Source of the DNA: a virus
Direction: 5' to 3' (one strand)
Virus record (IMG/VR): IMGVR_UViG_3300045988_175028
DNA length: 64,000 nucleotides
The notes under the pieces were generated by a model. It did no database searches. It saw only the letters and a list, made by a program, of their open reading frames with translations, and was not told where the DNA came from. Below, piece after piece: positions 26,413-35,912 of the stretch (its first letter is position 1; each line of letters starts with the position of its first letter). Both the position numbers and the translations under genes were made by a program.

Positions 26413-26441
26413 TTGAAAAATTCTTATATTTATAATATAAT
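26413..26441 (+). promoter_or_regulatory. class-1 promoter copy 7
   Basis: TTGAAA-N17-TATAAT plus ATATATAGAAAGTGAGAAAGGAG. Confidence 0.65.
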
Positions 26442-26472
26442 ATATATAGAAAGTGAGAAAGGAGTAAATAAA

Positions 26473-27102
26473 ATGGATTTTCCCTCTCGTCAAACTATTC
26501 ATGAGGTAGCGCAAGTTCTAAATGAATGGGGAATTACCGATTTCTTCAAAGGCACCTATAAGCAAAATAGTAATCGTTTCAATGTTTGGTGTTTGGAACT
26601 TTCCAAAAATACTAACCTAAAAGTGTCGAATGGATGCACAAAAATTGTAGTGAAGTTTGGGGATGATGGTTGGGTTATAAAGATTCCTTATAAGACTGAA
26701 ATCAATTATTGTCATCGTGAAGCAGAAAATTACGCACGGGCTCATAAAGCTCATCTTACTAACTTTTTTGCTCCTTGTTATTTCTATGGAGTAATTGATG
26801 AAATTCCAATTTATCTACAAAGACTGGTAGATAAAGAAGATTCAACAATTACTAGTGAATGTTGGAATTTTGCATATAGCAACAATCCCCAGGAAAAGGA
26901 AGAGACTGATGAAGATTATGCTGATAGAATCAGCAGCTATGTTGAAAATGATATGGATGATTATGAAGTAGTTGAGGCCATTATTGGAGAAAATCGAAAA
27001 CTTTTTGATTTTATCTATGAAAATGATATCAATGACCTTCATAAAGGAAATTTTGGATATTTGAATGATGCACCGGTTATTTTTGATTATAGCGGTTTTT
27101 GA
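26473..27102 (+). CDS. hypothetical protein, possible kinase-like fold
   Basis: ATG at 26473 after the leader. INDLHKGNFGY..VIFDYSG resembles the APH/protein-kinase catalytic loop plus a DFG-like motif. Confidence 0.4.
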   Translation: MDFPSRQTIHEVAQVLNEWGITDFFKGTYKQNSNRFNVWCLELSKNTNLKVSNGCTKIVVKFGDDGWVIKIPYKTEINYCHREAENYARAHKAHLTNFFAPCYFYGVIDEIPIYLQRLVDKEDSTITSECWNFAYSNNPQEKEETDEDYADRISSYVENDMDDYEVVEAIIGENRKLFDFIYENDINDLHKGNFGYLNDAPVIFDYSGF

Positions 27103-27122
27103 TAAGAAAGGAGAATAAAAAA

Positions 27123-27566
27123 ATGAATTATGTCTATGTTAAGTTTAGTGGTACGGAGAAGAATTATGTCTATAAGACTAAGTTGAATCTCATTAAGAAC
27201 GCGACCTATAAGATTGTTGCCGATGGGATTACAACCTATGCTAGTCCTGTCAAGGTCTGTTCTATTGTTCCTACTCGGCCTAATTTTGGCGGTATTATTC
27301 GTGAGATTACCACTGCCGAAATTATTACTGCTCCTCCTCGTCCTAAGGTAACGGCGAAGTTTGTTATCAATAAGGAAAAGGGTACGACTGTTGCTCTTTG
27401 GAAAGATGGAACTAAGACTATTGTGAAGTGTCAGACTGGGGATTCTTTTGATGCGGAGAAGGGAATCGCAATGTGTTTTATGAAGCGATACTTCAATAAT
27501 CGTGGATGGTATAATGAGTGGATGCGTGAGGTTCTGAAAGAGAATGGCTTGGCTGAAGAGAAGTGA
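27123..27566 (+). CDS. hypothetical protein
   Basis: ATG at 27123 behind GGAGAA. Confidence 0.5.
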   Translation: MNYVYVKFSGTEKNYVYKTKLNLIKNATYKIVADGITTYASPVKVCSIVPTRPNFGGIIREITTAEIITAPPRPKVTAKFVINKEKGTTVALWKDGTKTIVKCQTGDSFDAEKGIAMCFMKRYFNNRGWYNEWMREVLKENGLAEEK

Positions 27567-27711
27567 GGAAGGTTATTGCCTTCTTCACAACTGTAAGCTC
27601 GGTCGGCGCCAAGTACATGAAAAATGTACGAATCCTCATCGAGTAGGTTGCACAGATGGAAAGAAATGTAAACATTTATTGGTTATAAGAAAGGGGATGA
27701 ACACAAAATAA
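27544..27711 (+). CDS. small Cys/His-rich (zinc-binding-like) protein, 55 aa
   Basis: Below the ORF-track cut-off. C..H..C...H..C...H...C.....C.H pattern. Its stop overlaps the kinase ATG (TAATG). Confidence 0.35.
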   Translation: MAWLKRSEEGYCLLHNCKLGRRQVHEKCTNPHRVGCTDGKKCKHLLVIRKGMNTK

Positions 27712-28634
27712 TGTCAGCATTAATTATGTTGATGGGACTTTCTGGTTCTGGAAAAAGCACTTTGGCAGAAGAATATGCTAAGCTGTCTGGTGGAAAAGTT
27801 TTTTCTTCTGACAAAATTCGAGAAGAACTTTTTGGAAATGAAAACAATCAAACTCATAATGGAGAAGTTTTCAACGAGCTTCATAAACGAATTAAAAAAG
27901 CTTTAAGGAAGAACGAAATTTGTATTTATGATGCTACGAATTTAAACAGAAATAAAAGAATTAGCTTTCTTCGTACTCTTTCAGATATCACTTGTGAAAA
28001 AATTTGCATGATGGTTGCAACTCCAATTGAAATTTGTATTAAAAGAGACCAAAACAGAAGCAGAAAAGTTGGGAAAAAGGTTATTCATCGACAAGCTACT
28101 CAATTTCAAATTCCTTTAGATTATGAAGGCTGGGATAGTATTATGATTTATAACAATCCCAATTTTTCTGCCTCAGATTATAAAAAGCTAATTGATTATT
28201 TTCCAAAAGCAGTTATGCCACATGACTGCACACCATGGCATACAGAGAGCGTACAAGAACATCTTAATAGAACTTTAATGGAGATGTCTTTGCGTACTAA
28301 TGAATATTATTTGCTTCTTGCATCACGATATCATGATATTGGAAAATTCTATACTAAGACTTTTTATGATAGAAGCAAAAAGAAGACTACTGATAAAGCT
28401 CATTACTATGGACATGAAAACTATGGAGCCTATCTTTTTATGACCTCCTATGATTTTGTTACAAGTGGAAGTCTCAAACCAGCTTTTGAACAGGCATTGT
28501 TGCTTATTGCTCTTCATATGGAATTTGGTTCAAGAAAAAGTAAAGTTTTAAAAGAAATTCCAAAAAGTGCTCGTGAAGCCTTAGAGCTTTTAAATGAATG
28601 TGATATGCTTGGAAGTGTGAGAGGAGAGGACTAA
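27711..28634 (+). CDS. polynucleotide-kinase-like P-loop domain fused to an HD phosphohydrolase domain (RNA end-healing candidate)
   Basis: N-terminal GLSGSGKST..SSDKIR. C-terminal H..RYHDIGK..HYYGHENYG..ALHMEF (HD superfamily). Confidence 0.65.
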   Translation: MSALIMLMGLSGSGKSTLAEEYAKLSGGKVFSSDKIREELFGNENNQTHNGEVFNELHKRIKKALRKNEICIYDATNLNRNKRISFLRTLSDITCEKICMMVATPIEICIKRDQNRSRKVGKKVIHRQATQFQIPLDYEGWDSIMIYNNPNFSASDYKKLIDYFPKAVMPHDCTPWHTESVQEHLNRTLMEMSLRTNEYYLLLASRYHDIGKFYTKTFYDRSKKKTTDKAHYYGHENYGAYLFMTSYDFVTSGSLKPAFEQALLLIALHMEFGSRKSKVLKEIPKSAREALELLNECDMLGSVRGED

Positions 28635-28979
28635 ATGAAATTTTTTGGAACTTATGGTTGTAGTATGACCAACTCTATTTATAATATTGCTATTGAAGCA
28701 AGGGATGCTCAAAGCGCGCTAAAGTTTTGTTATGATAGTGCAGTAGAGGATAGAGATAGTTATGAAGGGCTTTATGGAGTTGAAACTTGGGAAGAGATTG
28801 CTGAGAATGAGGGTTTTATTATAGGGGAAATGTCTCAAGCGGAAGAGAACTATATTGATGACTTGTATGTTGACTCTATTGAGAGTGATATTATCTATAA
28901 TATAGAGCCTTTTGACATAAATAATGAGGAGCATCTAGAGATACTGAAAGAACAAGAATGTGAATTTTGGCAGGCGTAG
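28635..28979 (+). CDS. acidic hypothetical protein
   Basis: 114 aa, rich in Asp/Glu. Lies between the kinase-HD and ligase genes. Confidence 0.5.
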   Translation: MKFFGTYGCSMTNSIYNIAIEARDAQSALKFCYDSAVEDRDSYEGLYGVETWEEIAENEGFIIGEMSQAEENYIDDLYVDSIESDIIYNIEPFDINNEEHLEILKEQECEFWQA

Positions 28980-28992
28980 AAAGGAGGCTAAA

Positions 28993-30078
28993 ATGGAACT
29001 TCAAAAGTTTCTAATGGAGTATAAAGACGATTGGGAGGAAATCTTGGATAGAGAGCCTTATTGCCTAAAATGGAACAAGTGGAAAGGTTTCGTAAGTTTC
29101 AAGTATAACCAAATTCAGTCTGATTTTTCTAATCCAATTGTCCGCGAAGCCAGAGGAGCAGTCTTTGTGGAAGAAACTTGGGAGTGTGTATCTAGAGCAT
29201 TTGATAAGTTCTTCAACTATGGGGAACCTAATGCTTCTGCAGTTGATTGGACCACCGCGCGGATTATGGAGAAAATAGACGGGTCGCTGATGCGTCTTTT
29301 CTACTGGAAAGGCGAATGGTATCTAGTTACCAATTCTGGTATCGATGCATATTCTGCACCGACTGGTAATGTGAATTATCCGACTTTTGGGCGTATTTTT
29401 GAGGAAGGTCTTCGGAATTTGGGATATAAAAGTTTAGAGGATTTTTGTAATAAACTAAACAAGTATCGGACTTATATGTTTGAGTTGGTTAGTCCTTATA
29501 CTCGTGTAGTAATTCCCTATGAAAGTATTGGAATTTATTATCTTGGAGAGCGCAGAATGATAGATTATCAGGAGTTTTATTGTCCTCCTGTTTTTCCAGA
29601 GTTTTGTCATCCTAAACTTTATAACTGTTCTAATCTTTTTGATTTGATTAGAATGGCGCAAGAGCTTCCTTGGGATAAAGAGGGCTATGTTGTATGCGAT
29701 AAAAACTTCAATCGTATCAAAGTTAAGTCTCCTCAGTATGTTCTTGCTCACTACGTCCGCAATAATAACGTAATTACAGAAGAGCGCCTAATGGAAGTAA
29801 TCCTAAAAGGAGAAATTGAAGAGTTTTCTTGCTACGCAAGTGAATATCTTCCCAAATTACAGGAACTTCAGAAGAGAAAATCTACTTTACAAGCAGAGGC
29901 TGAACTCCTTCGTTCTCTTCTCCAGTCCCAGTTCCATTTTACCTCCCGAAAGGAGTTCGCCTCTACTGTAAATAAAATTTCTAATCCAGTAATTCGCCAG
30001 TTTTGTTTTAGTGATAAGACTTGGGAAGATATGACCAAAGATTGGTCTGCAAAAAAGTGGGTTGAGAAATTGAAGTAA
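28993..30078 (+). CDS. ATP-dependent RNA ligase (T4 Rnl1-like)
   Basis: Motif I MEKIDGSL (KxDGS), motif III YMFELV, motif IV KEGYVVCD, motif V RIKVKSPQY. 361 aa. Confidence 0.7.
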   Translation: MELQKFLMEYKDDWEEILDREPYCLKWNKWKGFVSFKYNQIQSDFSNPIVREARGAVFVEETWECVSRAFDKFFNYGEPNASAVDWTTARIMEKIDGSLMRLFYWKGEWYLVTNSGIDAYSAPTGNVNYPTFGRIFEEGLRNLGYKSLEDFCNKLNKYRTYMFELVSPYTRVVIPYESIGIYYLGERRMIDYQEFYCPPVFPEFCHPKLYNCSNLFDLIRMAQELPWDKEGYVVCDKNFNRIKVKSPQYVLAHYVRNNNVITEERLMEVILKGEIEEFSCYASEYLPKLQELQKRKSTLQAEAELLRSLLQSQFHFTSRKEFASTVNKISNPVIRQFCFSDKTWEDMTKDWSAKKWVEKLK

Positions 30079-30106
30079 AAGATAAAACTGAAGGAGGATA
30101 AGTCTT

Positions 30107-30649
30107 ATGACACGTAAAAACTTAGTTCTCCTGTTGGCAATTATCTCATTTATCTGCCTGGGTTTTATTGCCCAGGCTAATTTTTTTATTACAAAAATTG
30201 ATGCTATTGAAAGAGAAAATTCTAACTTGTCAGCAGAGAATACTAGTAAAGAGCAACAAATCCAAGAACTTGAGGAACGCAATCGCGCCTTAGAAGAAGA
30301 ACTTCAAACTAAAATAGTTTATTTTGAGGAAGAAGAAATTCTAGCAAAACTTCTATGGTGTGAAGCAGGAAATCAATCTTGGGAAGGGCAGGTATATACT
30401 TGTTCTGCTATTCTAAATTATTGTGAAAGAAACAATACCTCAATTTGGGATAGCGCACATAATATAAATGCTTTTGAGCCTGCACCATATGTTGATGACG
30501 CTGAACCAACAGCGACACAATATGAGGTTATTTATTATGTATTGAATGGAGGGAGAATTCCTGATATTTGTTGGTTTAGAACCGGTCAATATCATGATTT
30601 TGGAACTCCAGTTGCAAAAGTTGGCGACCATTACTTTTCAAAGCCATAA
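30107..30649 (+). CDS. membrane-anchored SleB-type cell-wall hydrolase
   Basis: N-terminal TM helix and coiled coil. C-terminal LLWCEAGNQSWEGQVYTCSAILN (Hydrolase_2/SleB-like). Confidence 0.65.
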   Translation: MTRKNLVLLLAIISFICLGFIAQANFFITKIDAIERENSNLSAENTSKEQQIQELEERNRALEEELQTKIVYFEEEEILAKLLWCEAGNQSWEGQVYTCSAILNYCERNNTSIWDSAHNINAFEPAPYVDDAEPTATQYEVIYYVLNGGRIPDICWFRTGQYHDFGTPVAKVGDHYFSKP

Positions 30650-30654
30650 GAAAA

Positions 30655-30689
30655 GACCCTACACCTTAGAAGTGTAGGGTCTTTTTTTT
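30655..30689. terminator. bidirectional intrinsic terminator
   Basis: GACCCTACAC..GTGTAGGGTC hairpin flanked by A-runs and T-runs, between convergent genes. Confidence 0.7.
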
Positions 30690-30981
30690 ACTTTGTCAGA
30701 AGATTCCAAAGGTCATCTATTGTTTTTAGAGGAATATCATTCCCATTTTCTGTTACAGTGCCTGGCTTCCATTTTTCTCCAAAGTTTAGTTCCCACATCC
30801 AGTAACCAATCCAATCACACTTATCATCAAACTGGGCCTTCAGATATTTTGTAATCTCACTTTCAATTTCCATAACAGGACTATTTACAAAATCAATACC
30901 ATAGTCTTTATATAAATTACAAATATACTCACTATGATTTCTTACTGCATTGATAAGTTCTGAAAAATTCTCTTTGGTCAT
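30688..30981 (-). CDS. hypothetical protein
   Basis: 97-aa ORF, a lone minus-strand gene. Confidence 0.5.
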   Translation of the reverse strand: MTKENFSELINAVRNHSEYICNLYKDYGIDFVNSPVMEIESEITKYLKAQFDDKCDWIGYWMWELNFGEKWKPGTVTENGNDIPLKTIDDLWNLLTK

Positions 30982-31153
30982 AAATAATTCCTCGCTCTTT
31001 ATAAATTCTTTATATATTTATTATAGCAGAAAATTCGACTTTTTCAAGTTTTCACTAAAAAGTGAGGGGAAGAAAGTTTCTTTTCTAAAATCTTGAAAAG
31101 AGGTTGAATAGTTTTTACTTATAATTTGAGGAATGAGTAAGGAGGAATTTTAT

Positions 31154-31693
31154 ATGCGATTACTTGATGAACGCACCTACGCATTCCAATGGGATAGCAA
31201 TATCTATGTTGTTCTACCAAAAGCAAACGTAGGTGACGAAGTCCATTTTGCTCATCGGAAGGATAAAAAATCATTAGTAGTAATAGCAAAAGAGATTGAC
31301 ACAACCGTGGTCGCAATGGTTCCTAACTTGCTGTTACAAAAAGCCGGCTTTATTCAGATTTATCATTTTATAACAGATGAAAAAGGAAATAGAACTGTAA
31401 ATAGAGAAGAATTAAAAGTCCTTGAAAAAGAGAAACCTGATGACTATTTATATGAAGAATCTCAGGTCTTATCTTGGGAATATTTAGATAAAAGAATTAC
31501 GGCTCTTGAAAAAGGTGGCACGGGTTCAGGAGGTATTGGAACAGAAACTACTGTTGGTGGAGTAAAAAGTTCTAATGAACCTAATAAGATAAAAATTCTT
31601 GAAGATGGAACAATGGAAGTCAATCCGATTTCTTTTGAGAAGCTATATACTGAAGAGACAGGTGATGTGGTTATCTCAGGAGGAGGGGCGTAA
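31154..31693 (+). CDS. hypothetical structural protein
   Basis: ATG at 31154 directly after AAGGAGGA. Gly-rich segment. Heads the tail-fibre cluster. Confidence 0.5.
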   Translation: MRLLDERTYAFQWDSNIYVVLPKANVGDEVHFAHRKDKKSLVVIAKEIDTTVVAMVPNLLLQKAGFIQIYHFITDEKGNRTVNREELKVLEKEKPDDYLYEESQVLSWEYLDKRITALEKGGTGSGGIGTETTVGGVKSSNEPNKIKILEDGTMEVNPISFEKLYTEETGDVVISGGGA

Positions 31694-31720
31694 TTTTAGA
31701 AAAGGAGGATAAATGAGTTT

Positions 31721-32962
31721 ATGGCAACTCTAAACATCCGCATCCAACTTCGCAACGATACGGCTGAAAATTGGACTAGTGCTAATCCAGTTTTGCTAAA
31801 AGGCGAAATGGGTGTTGAAATTGATACTGGAAAAACAAAAATTGGTAATGGTACTGATAACTGGAAAACTTTGAAGTATTCTGGTGTAGATGAGGATACC
31901 ATCAAGGGAATTATTGACAATAATCGTAGTGCTTTTACAGAAGTAACTCCTAATGAGGGAGAGACTGATGCCCAAGCACTGGCACGCGTCATTACTAATC
32001 CTAAGAAGGGAGATATGGCAGTTGTAGTAAGAACTTTTGTAGAAGGTAAACAATCTTATACTGCTTATATCCATGATGGTACTGGTTTCAAAGCTATGGA
32101 TGGTAATTATTCTGCGGAGAATGTTTATTTTGATAAAGACCTAAAATTGACGGAAGCATTTGGTCGTTATAAGCCCGATGCATCTGGTTCTGTTAAAGTT
32201 CCATCCACCGGTCAGAGTGTTTATAGTCTAATTGATGATGCTTTCTCTCAGTCTAGAAATCCCACCACTACTCAACCTAGTGCTTCAGTTAGTATTACGG
32301 CCAATAGTGGTACTTTTGAAATAGGTACAAAAAAGAACCTAACTTATAGTGCCTCTTTGAATACTGGGGCTTATTCTTATGGCCCTACTCCTACAGGAGT
32401 TAGTGCTACAACTTATACAGCTACTTGCGACGGAAAGACTCTAACAGGTGCAACTGGTACATTTGAAAATATTGTAGCAGATGGAACAAAAAAGATTAGT
32501 ATTTCTATCGCTCACTCTGCTGGTAGTATTCCTAAAACGAATAAGGGGGCAGATTATGCAGATGGTCAAATTAAAGCTGGCACCAAAACAGCCACTTCTA
32601 GTCAAGCCTTAATTGGCGTCCGTTATATGTTCTGGGGCCCGATGACTGAGGATGTCGCTCTAAATTCTGCAAATATTCGTGCTTTGGCTCATAACAAGGC
32701 AAGTGGCACTGGTAATCTTTCCACTTTCGGAGCTGGTGCGGGAGCCAAAAAGGTAGTGGTAGCTGTCCCTGCTGGCCGGAGAATTACTAAAGTAATAATG
32801 CCCAGCGCGCTAAATGCTGATGTCACTTCTCTATTCGTAAAGCAAGGCACACAAGTTCAGGTTCAAGGTGCTAATGCTTACGCTGCTGCTGCCTATGATG
32901 TATATGTTTATCAACCTGCTTCTATTGATGCTGGTGAAACATATACCGTAACTATTGGTTGA
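31721..32962 (+). CDS. tail fibre / receptor-binding protein with Mtd-N/hyaluronidase-type N-terminal module
   Basis: RNDTAENWTSANPVLLKGEMGVEIDTGKTKIGNGTDNWKTLKY. Confidence 0.65.
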   Translation: MATLNIRIQLRNDTAENWTSANPVLLKGEMGVEIDTGKTKIGNGTDNWKTLKYSGVDEDTIKGIIDNNRSAFTEVTPNEGETDAQALARVITNPKKGDMAVVVRTFVEGKQSYTAYIHDGTGFKAMDGNYSAENVYFDKDLKLTEAFGRYKPDASGSVKVPSTGQSVYSLIDDAFSQSRNPTTTQPSASVSITANSGTFEIGTKKNLTYSASLNTGAYSYGPTPTGVSATTYTATCDGKTLTGATGTFENIVADGTKKISISIAHSAGSIPKTNKGADYADGQIKAGTKTATSSQALIGVRYMFWGPMTEDVALNSANIRALAHNKASGTGNLSTFGAGAGAKKVVVAVPAGRRITKVIMPSALNADVTSLFVKQGTQVQVQGANAYAAAAYDVYVYQPASIDAGETYTVTIG

Positions 32963-32980
32963 TAAGGAGGGAAATAGACA

Positions 32981-35701
32981 ATGGCTGTTATTATGAATGA
33001 TGCCGCTTATATGGGTTTCCCTCTTAGTATAAAGCGTGGAAACCCTGCACCTGTTGATACAACTGCTGTTTGGTATAGTAAGACTGAACTAGAAGCTTAT
33101 GCAAAATCTGGTGCTACTGCTTATGTTGGTCAAATTTTGACCTTAGTTGCTGACAATAAGTGTGAAGCCTTCATGATTTCTAATGAGGCTGGTACGCTTA
33201 TCAAGTTAGCTCAAACCACTGCTTCTGGCGACCTCGCGCATGATGTCGCTACGCTACAAGGCCAAGTTGCAGACCTAATTTCTAAGGTTGGTGCTGAGGC
33301 AGGTACTGATACCGAAGCTACTGGTCTTTATAAAGAAATTGCTGATGTTCTTGCTGTTGCTAATGGAAAGGTTGGTAGTGTCAAGGCTACTGATGCTTCT
33401 GTAGTAATTGGCGGAACTCCTACTGCTCCCACTGTTGGCATTCAGGTATCAAAGGGTGAGGGCAATGCACTTACTCTTGAGGCCGACGGTCTCAAGGTTT
33501 TGGTTCCTGATGTAATCCATCCTGAGTATTCTGTTGTTGCCGATAAGAATCCTGGGAGCTTCTCTGCGGTTTATCATCTAACCAAGGATGGAGCGAACGT
33601 TGGTGCCGCAATCAATATCCCCAAGGATATGGTTGTGAGTTCTGGTTCTGTAGAAACATATAATACTGGTAATCTACCTACTGGCGTAACCGTGGCTGGT
33701 ACTTATATTGTTCTCACTCTTGCCAATGCTACGAGTGATAAGCTTTACATCAAAGTTGATGACCTAATTGAGTATGTAACGGGTGGTTCTGGTGAAAACG
33801 ATGCCATCCAAATCAATGTTACTTCTGATACTCATAAGGTTTCTGCATCCGTCAAAAATGGCTCTCTAACCCTAGCAATGCTAAGCTCCGCTGTTCAGGC
33901 TTCTCTAAAGAAAGCAGACAGTGCAGTTCAAAGTGTTGCCGAAGGTACTACTAATGGTACTATTTCTGTAGATGGTACTGATGTTGCTGTTCATGGTTTA
34001 CAGAATGGCGCTTATGCCACTGTAAAGTCCTTGAATGATACAGCTCAAGGCTATGCTACCGCCGTAAAGACCGAACTAGTCGGTGCTGATTCTGATGAAG
34101 CTTCTGCTTCCACAATTGCTGGGGCAAAGAAATATGCTGATAGTGTTTCTGCTACTGCTAAATCTGAGGCTATTGCCGGTGCCCAAGCTAAGATTGAGAC
34201 GCTAGATGTACCTGATAAAGCCGTTGCCAAAAAGTTCGTTAGCGCAGTTAGTGAGACCGACGGTAAGATTACGGTTAGCCGTCGCGAGCTAGTTGCAGAC
34301 GATGTACCCACCTTGGGTATTTCCAAGATTGACGGACTACAGACTGCACTAGACGCCAAGCAAAATGAACTAGTATTCAATACTGCTTATGATAGTTCTA
34401 CTAATAAAGTAGCTACCATGACAGATGTTGGAAATGCTAAAGATGCTTTAGTCGGAACTGATGCTGATACCAAAGCTTCTAATACCATCAAAGGTGCTAA
34501 GCTTTATGCTGATGACAAGGCCTCTTCTACTCTAGCTGATGCCAAGGCTTACGCCGATGGTCTTGTTGCTGGCGATTCTGGTATTACTAAGCGAGTAGAT
34601 GCCCTTGAAGCAAAGGTAGATACTACTGGTAAAGTTTCTAAAGCGATTGCCACTGCAAAGACTGAAGCTATTACTACGGCTGGAACTAATGCTGATACAA
34701 AGATTTCTGCCACTAAGACCGAAATTCTTGGTGAAGAAGGATATCAGCAAACTGTAAAGTCTGCCTATGAACTAGCTGAAACAAAAGCCACCTTAGCAGA
34801 AGCCGTGGCAGAAATCGAAAAGAAAAATTATGCTACTAAGGCTGAGGCCCAAGGTTATGCCAATGCCAAAGACACAGCTATCGCCAATGCTAAGAAAGCT
34901 GGTACTGATGCTCAGGGTGCAGTAGATGCTCTTTCTAAGAAAGTTGGCTCCATTCCCGAAGGCTCAAAAGCCACTACGGTAGTTGGTTATGTCGATGAAA
35001 AGATTGGTGCTATTCCTGCCCAAACTGATTATACCGTAACGGTTACTCCTTCTACTGTTGAAGGTCTAGCAAAGCGCTATACAGTCCATCAGGAAGCCAC
35101 TGGCCTCGATGTGAATATTGATATTCCTACCGATATGGTAGTGAAGTCTGGTGCGGTTGTCACTAATCCTGCTGGTCAAACCGCTGGCACTTATCTGGTC
35201 CTAACTCTCGCGAATGCTACTAATGATAAAGTTTATATCAATGTTGGTAATTTGATTGAGTATGTGACTAGTGGTTCTAGCGCTACCGATATGGTAAAAA
35301 TCGCAGTCAGCGCTGACCACAAGGTAACTGCTTCTATTACTGATGGAAGTATTACTAAGGCTAAGTTAGCTACTGCGGTACAGGGTAGTCTTGATAAAGC
35401 CGATAGCGCTATTCAGCAAGCCGGTCTAACTACCGCTCTTGAGCCTTATGCTAAGACGGCTGACGTAGCCAAAGGCTATGTTGCCAAGGAGATTGGTAAG
35501 CGTCTAATGAGTGATGCCGAAGGCACTAAGCTTGAAGGTATTGAAACTGGCGCGCAGGTCAATAAAATTGAAAGCATCAAGGTAGGCGGAACTGCTTTGA
35601 AGATTACTGAGAAAGCAGTAAATATCTCCCAGATTTCTACCGATCTTTTGATAAATGGTACTGAGACTTTGATTCTAAATTGCGGAAACGCTAACGAGTA
35701 A
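32981..35701 (+). CDS. long Ala/Thr-rich fibrous protein (tail or side fibre) with internal duplicated module
   Basis: 906 aa, coiled/fibrous composition. About 105-aa module present twice. Confidence 0.65.
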   Translation: MAVIMNDAAYMGFPLSIKRGNPAPVDTTAVWYSKTELEAYAKSGATAYVGQILTLVADNKCEAFMISNEAGTLIKLAQTTASGDLAHDVATLQGQVADLISKVGAEAGTDTEATGLYKEIADVLAVANGKVGSVKATDASVVIGGTPTAPTVGIQVSKGEGNALTLEADGLKVLVPDVIHPEYSVVADKNPGSFSAVYHLTKDGANVGAAINIPKDMVVSSGSVETYNTGNLPTGVTVAGTYIVLTLANATSDKLYIKVDDLIEYVTGGSGENDAIQINVTSDTHKVSASVKNGSLTLAMLSSAVQASLKKADSAVQSVAEGTTNGTISVDGTDVAVHGLQNGAYATVKSLNDTAQGYATAVKTELVGADSDEASASTIAGAKKYADSVSATAKSEAIAGAQAKIETLDVPDKAVAKKFVSAVSETDGKITVSRRELVADDVPTLGISKIDGLQTALDAKQNELVFNTAYDSSTNKVATMTDVGNAKDALVGTDADTKASNTIKGAKLYADDKASSTLADAKAYADGLVAGDSGITKRVDALEAKVDTTGKVSKAIATAKTEAITTAGTNADTKISATKTEILGEEGYQQTVKSAYELAETKATLAEAVAEIEKKNYATKAEAQGYANAKDTAIANAKKAGTDAQGAVDALSKKVGSIPEGSKATTVVGYVDEKIGAIPAQTDYTVTVTPSTVEGLAKRYTVHQEATGLDVNIDIPTDMVVKSGAVVTNPAGQTAGTYLVLTLANATNDKVYINVGNLIEYVTSGSSATDMVKIAVSADHKVTASITDGSITKAKLATAVQGSLDKADSAIQQAGLTTALEPYAKTADVAKGYVAKEIGKRLMSDAEGTKLEGIETGAQVNKIESIKVGGTALKITEKAVNISQISTDLLINGTETLILNCGNANE

Positions 35702-35710
35702 ATGTATAGG

Positions 35711-35730
35711 TGGGGAGTTTCGGCTCCCCA
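35711..35730 (+). terminator. hairpin after the fibre gene
   Basis: TGGGGAG-TTTCGG-CTCCCCA. Confidence 0.4.
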
Positions 35731-35741
35731 CATCTTAAAAC

Positions 35742-35770
35742 TTGAAATTTTACAAAATTTACGATATAAT
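35742..35770 (+). promoter_or_regulatory. class-1 promoter copy 8 (divergent leader)
   Basis: TTGAAA-N17-TATAAT. About 140-nt leader. Confidence 0.55.
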
Positions 35771-35854
35771 ATAATAAAGTAGGGAGATAATTCCCAACTG
35801 GTTTGAAAGCGATAGCCGGTATTTATTGCCTTGAAATGATAGGTTAGAAAGAAG

Positions 35855-35892
35855 CAGACTTCAGGCCAGTTTAGGTGAGGTCTGTTTATTTT
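35855..35892 (+). terminator. leader terminator/attenuator-like hairpin
   Basis: 9-bp stem CAGACTTCA/TGAGGTCTG followed by TTTATTTTA, 20 nt before the ATG at 35913. Confidence 0.4.
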
Positions 35893-35912
35893 ATGCCTAT
35901 AAGGAGGTAAGA

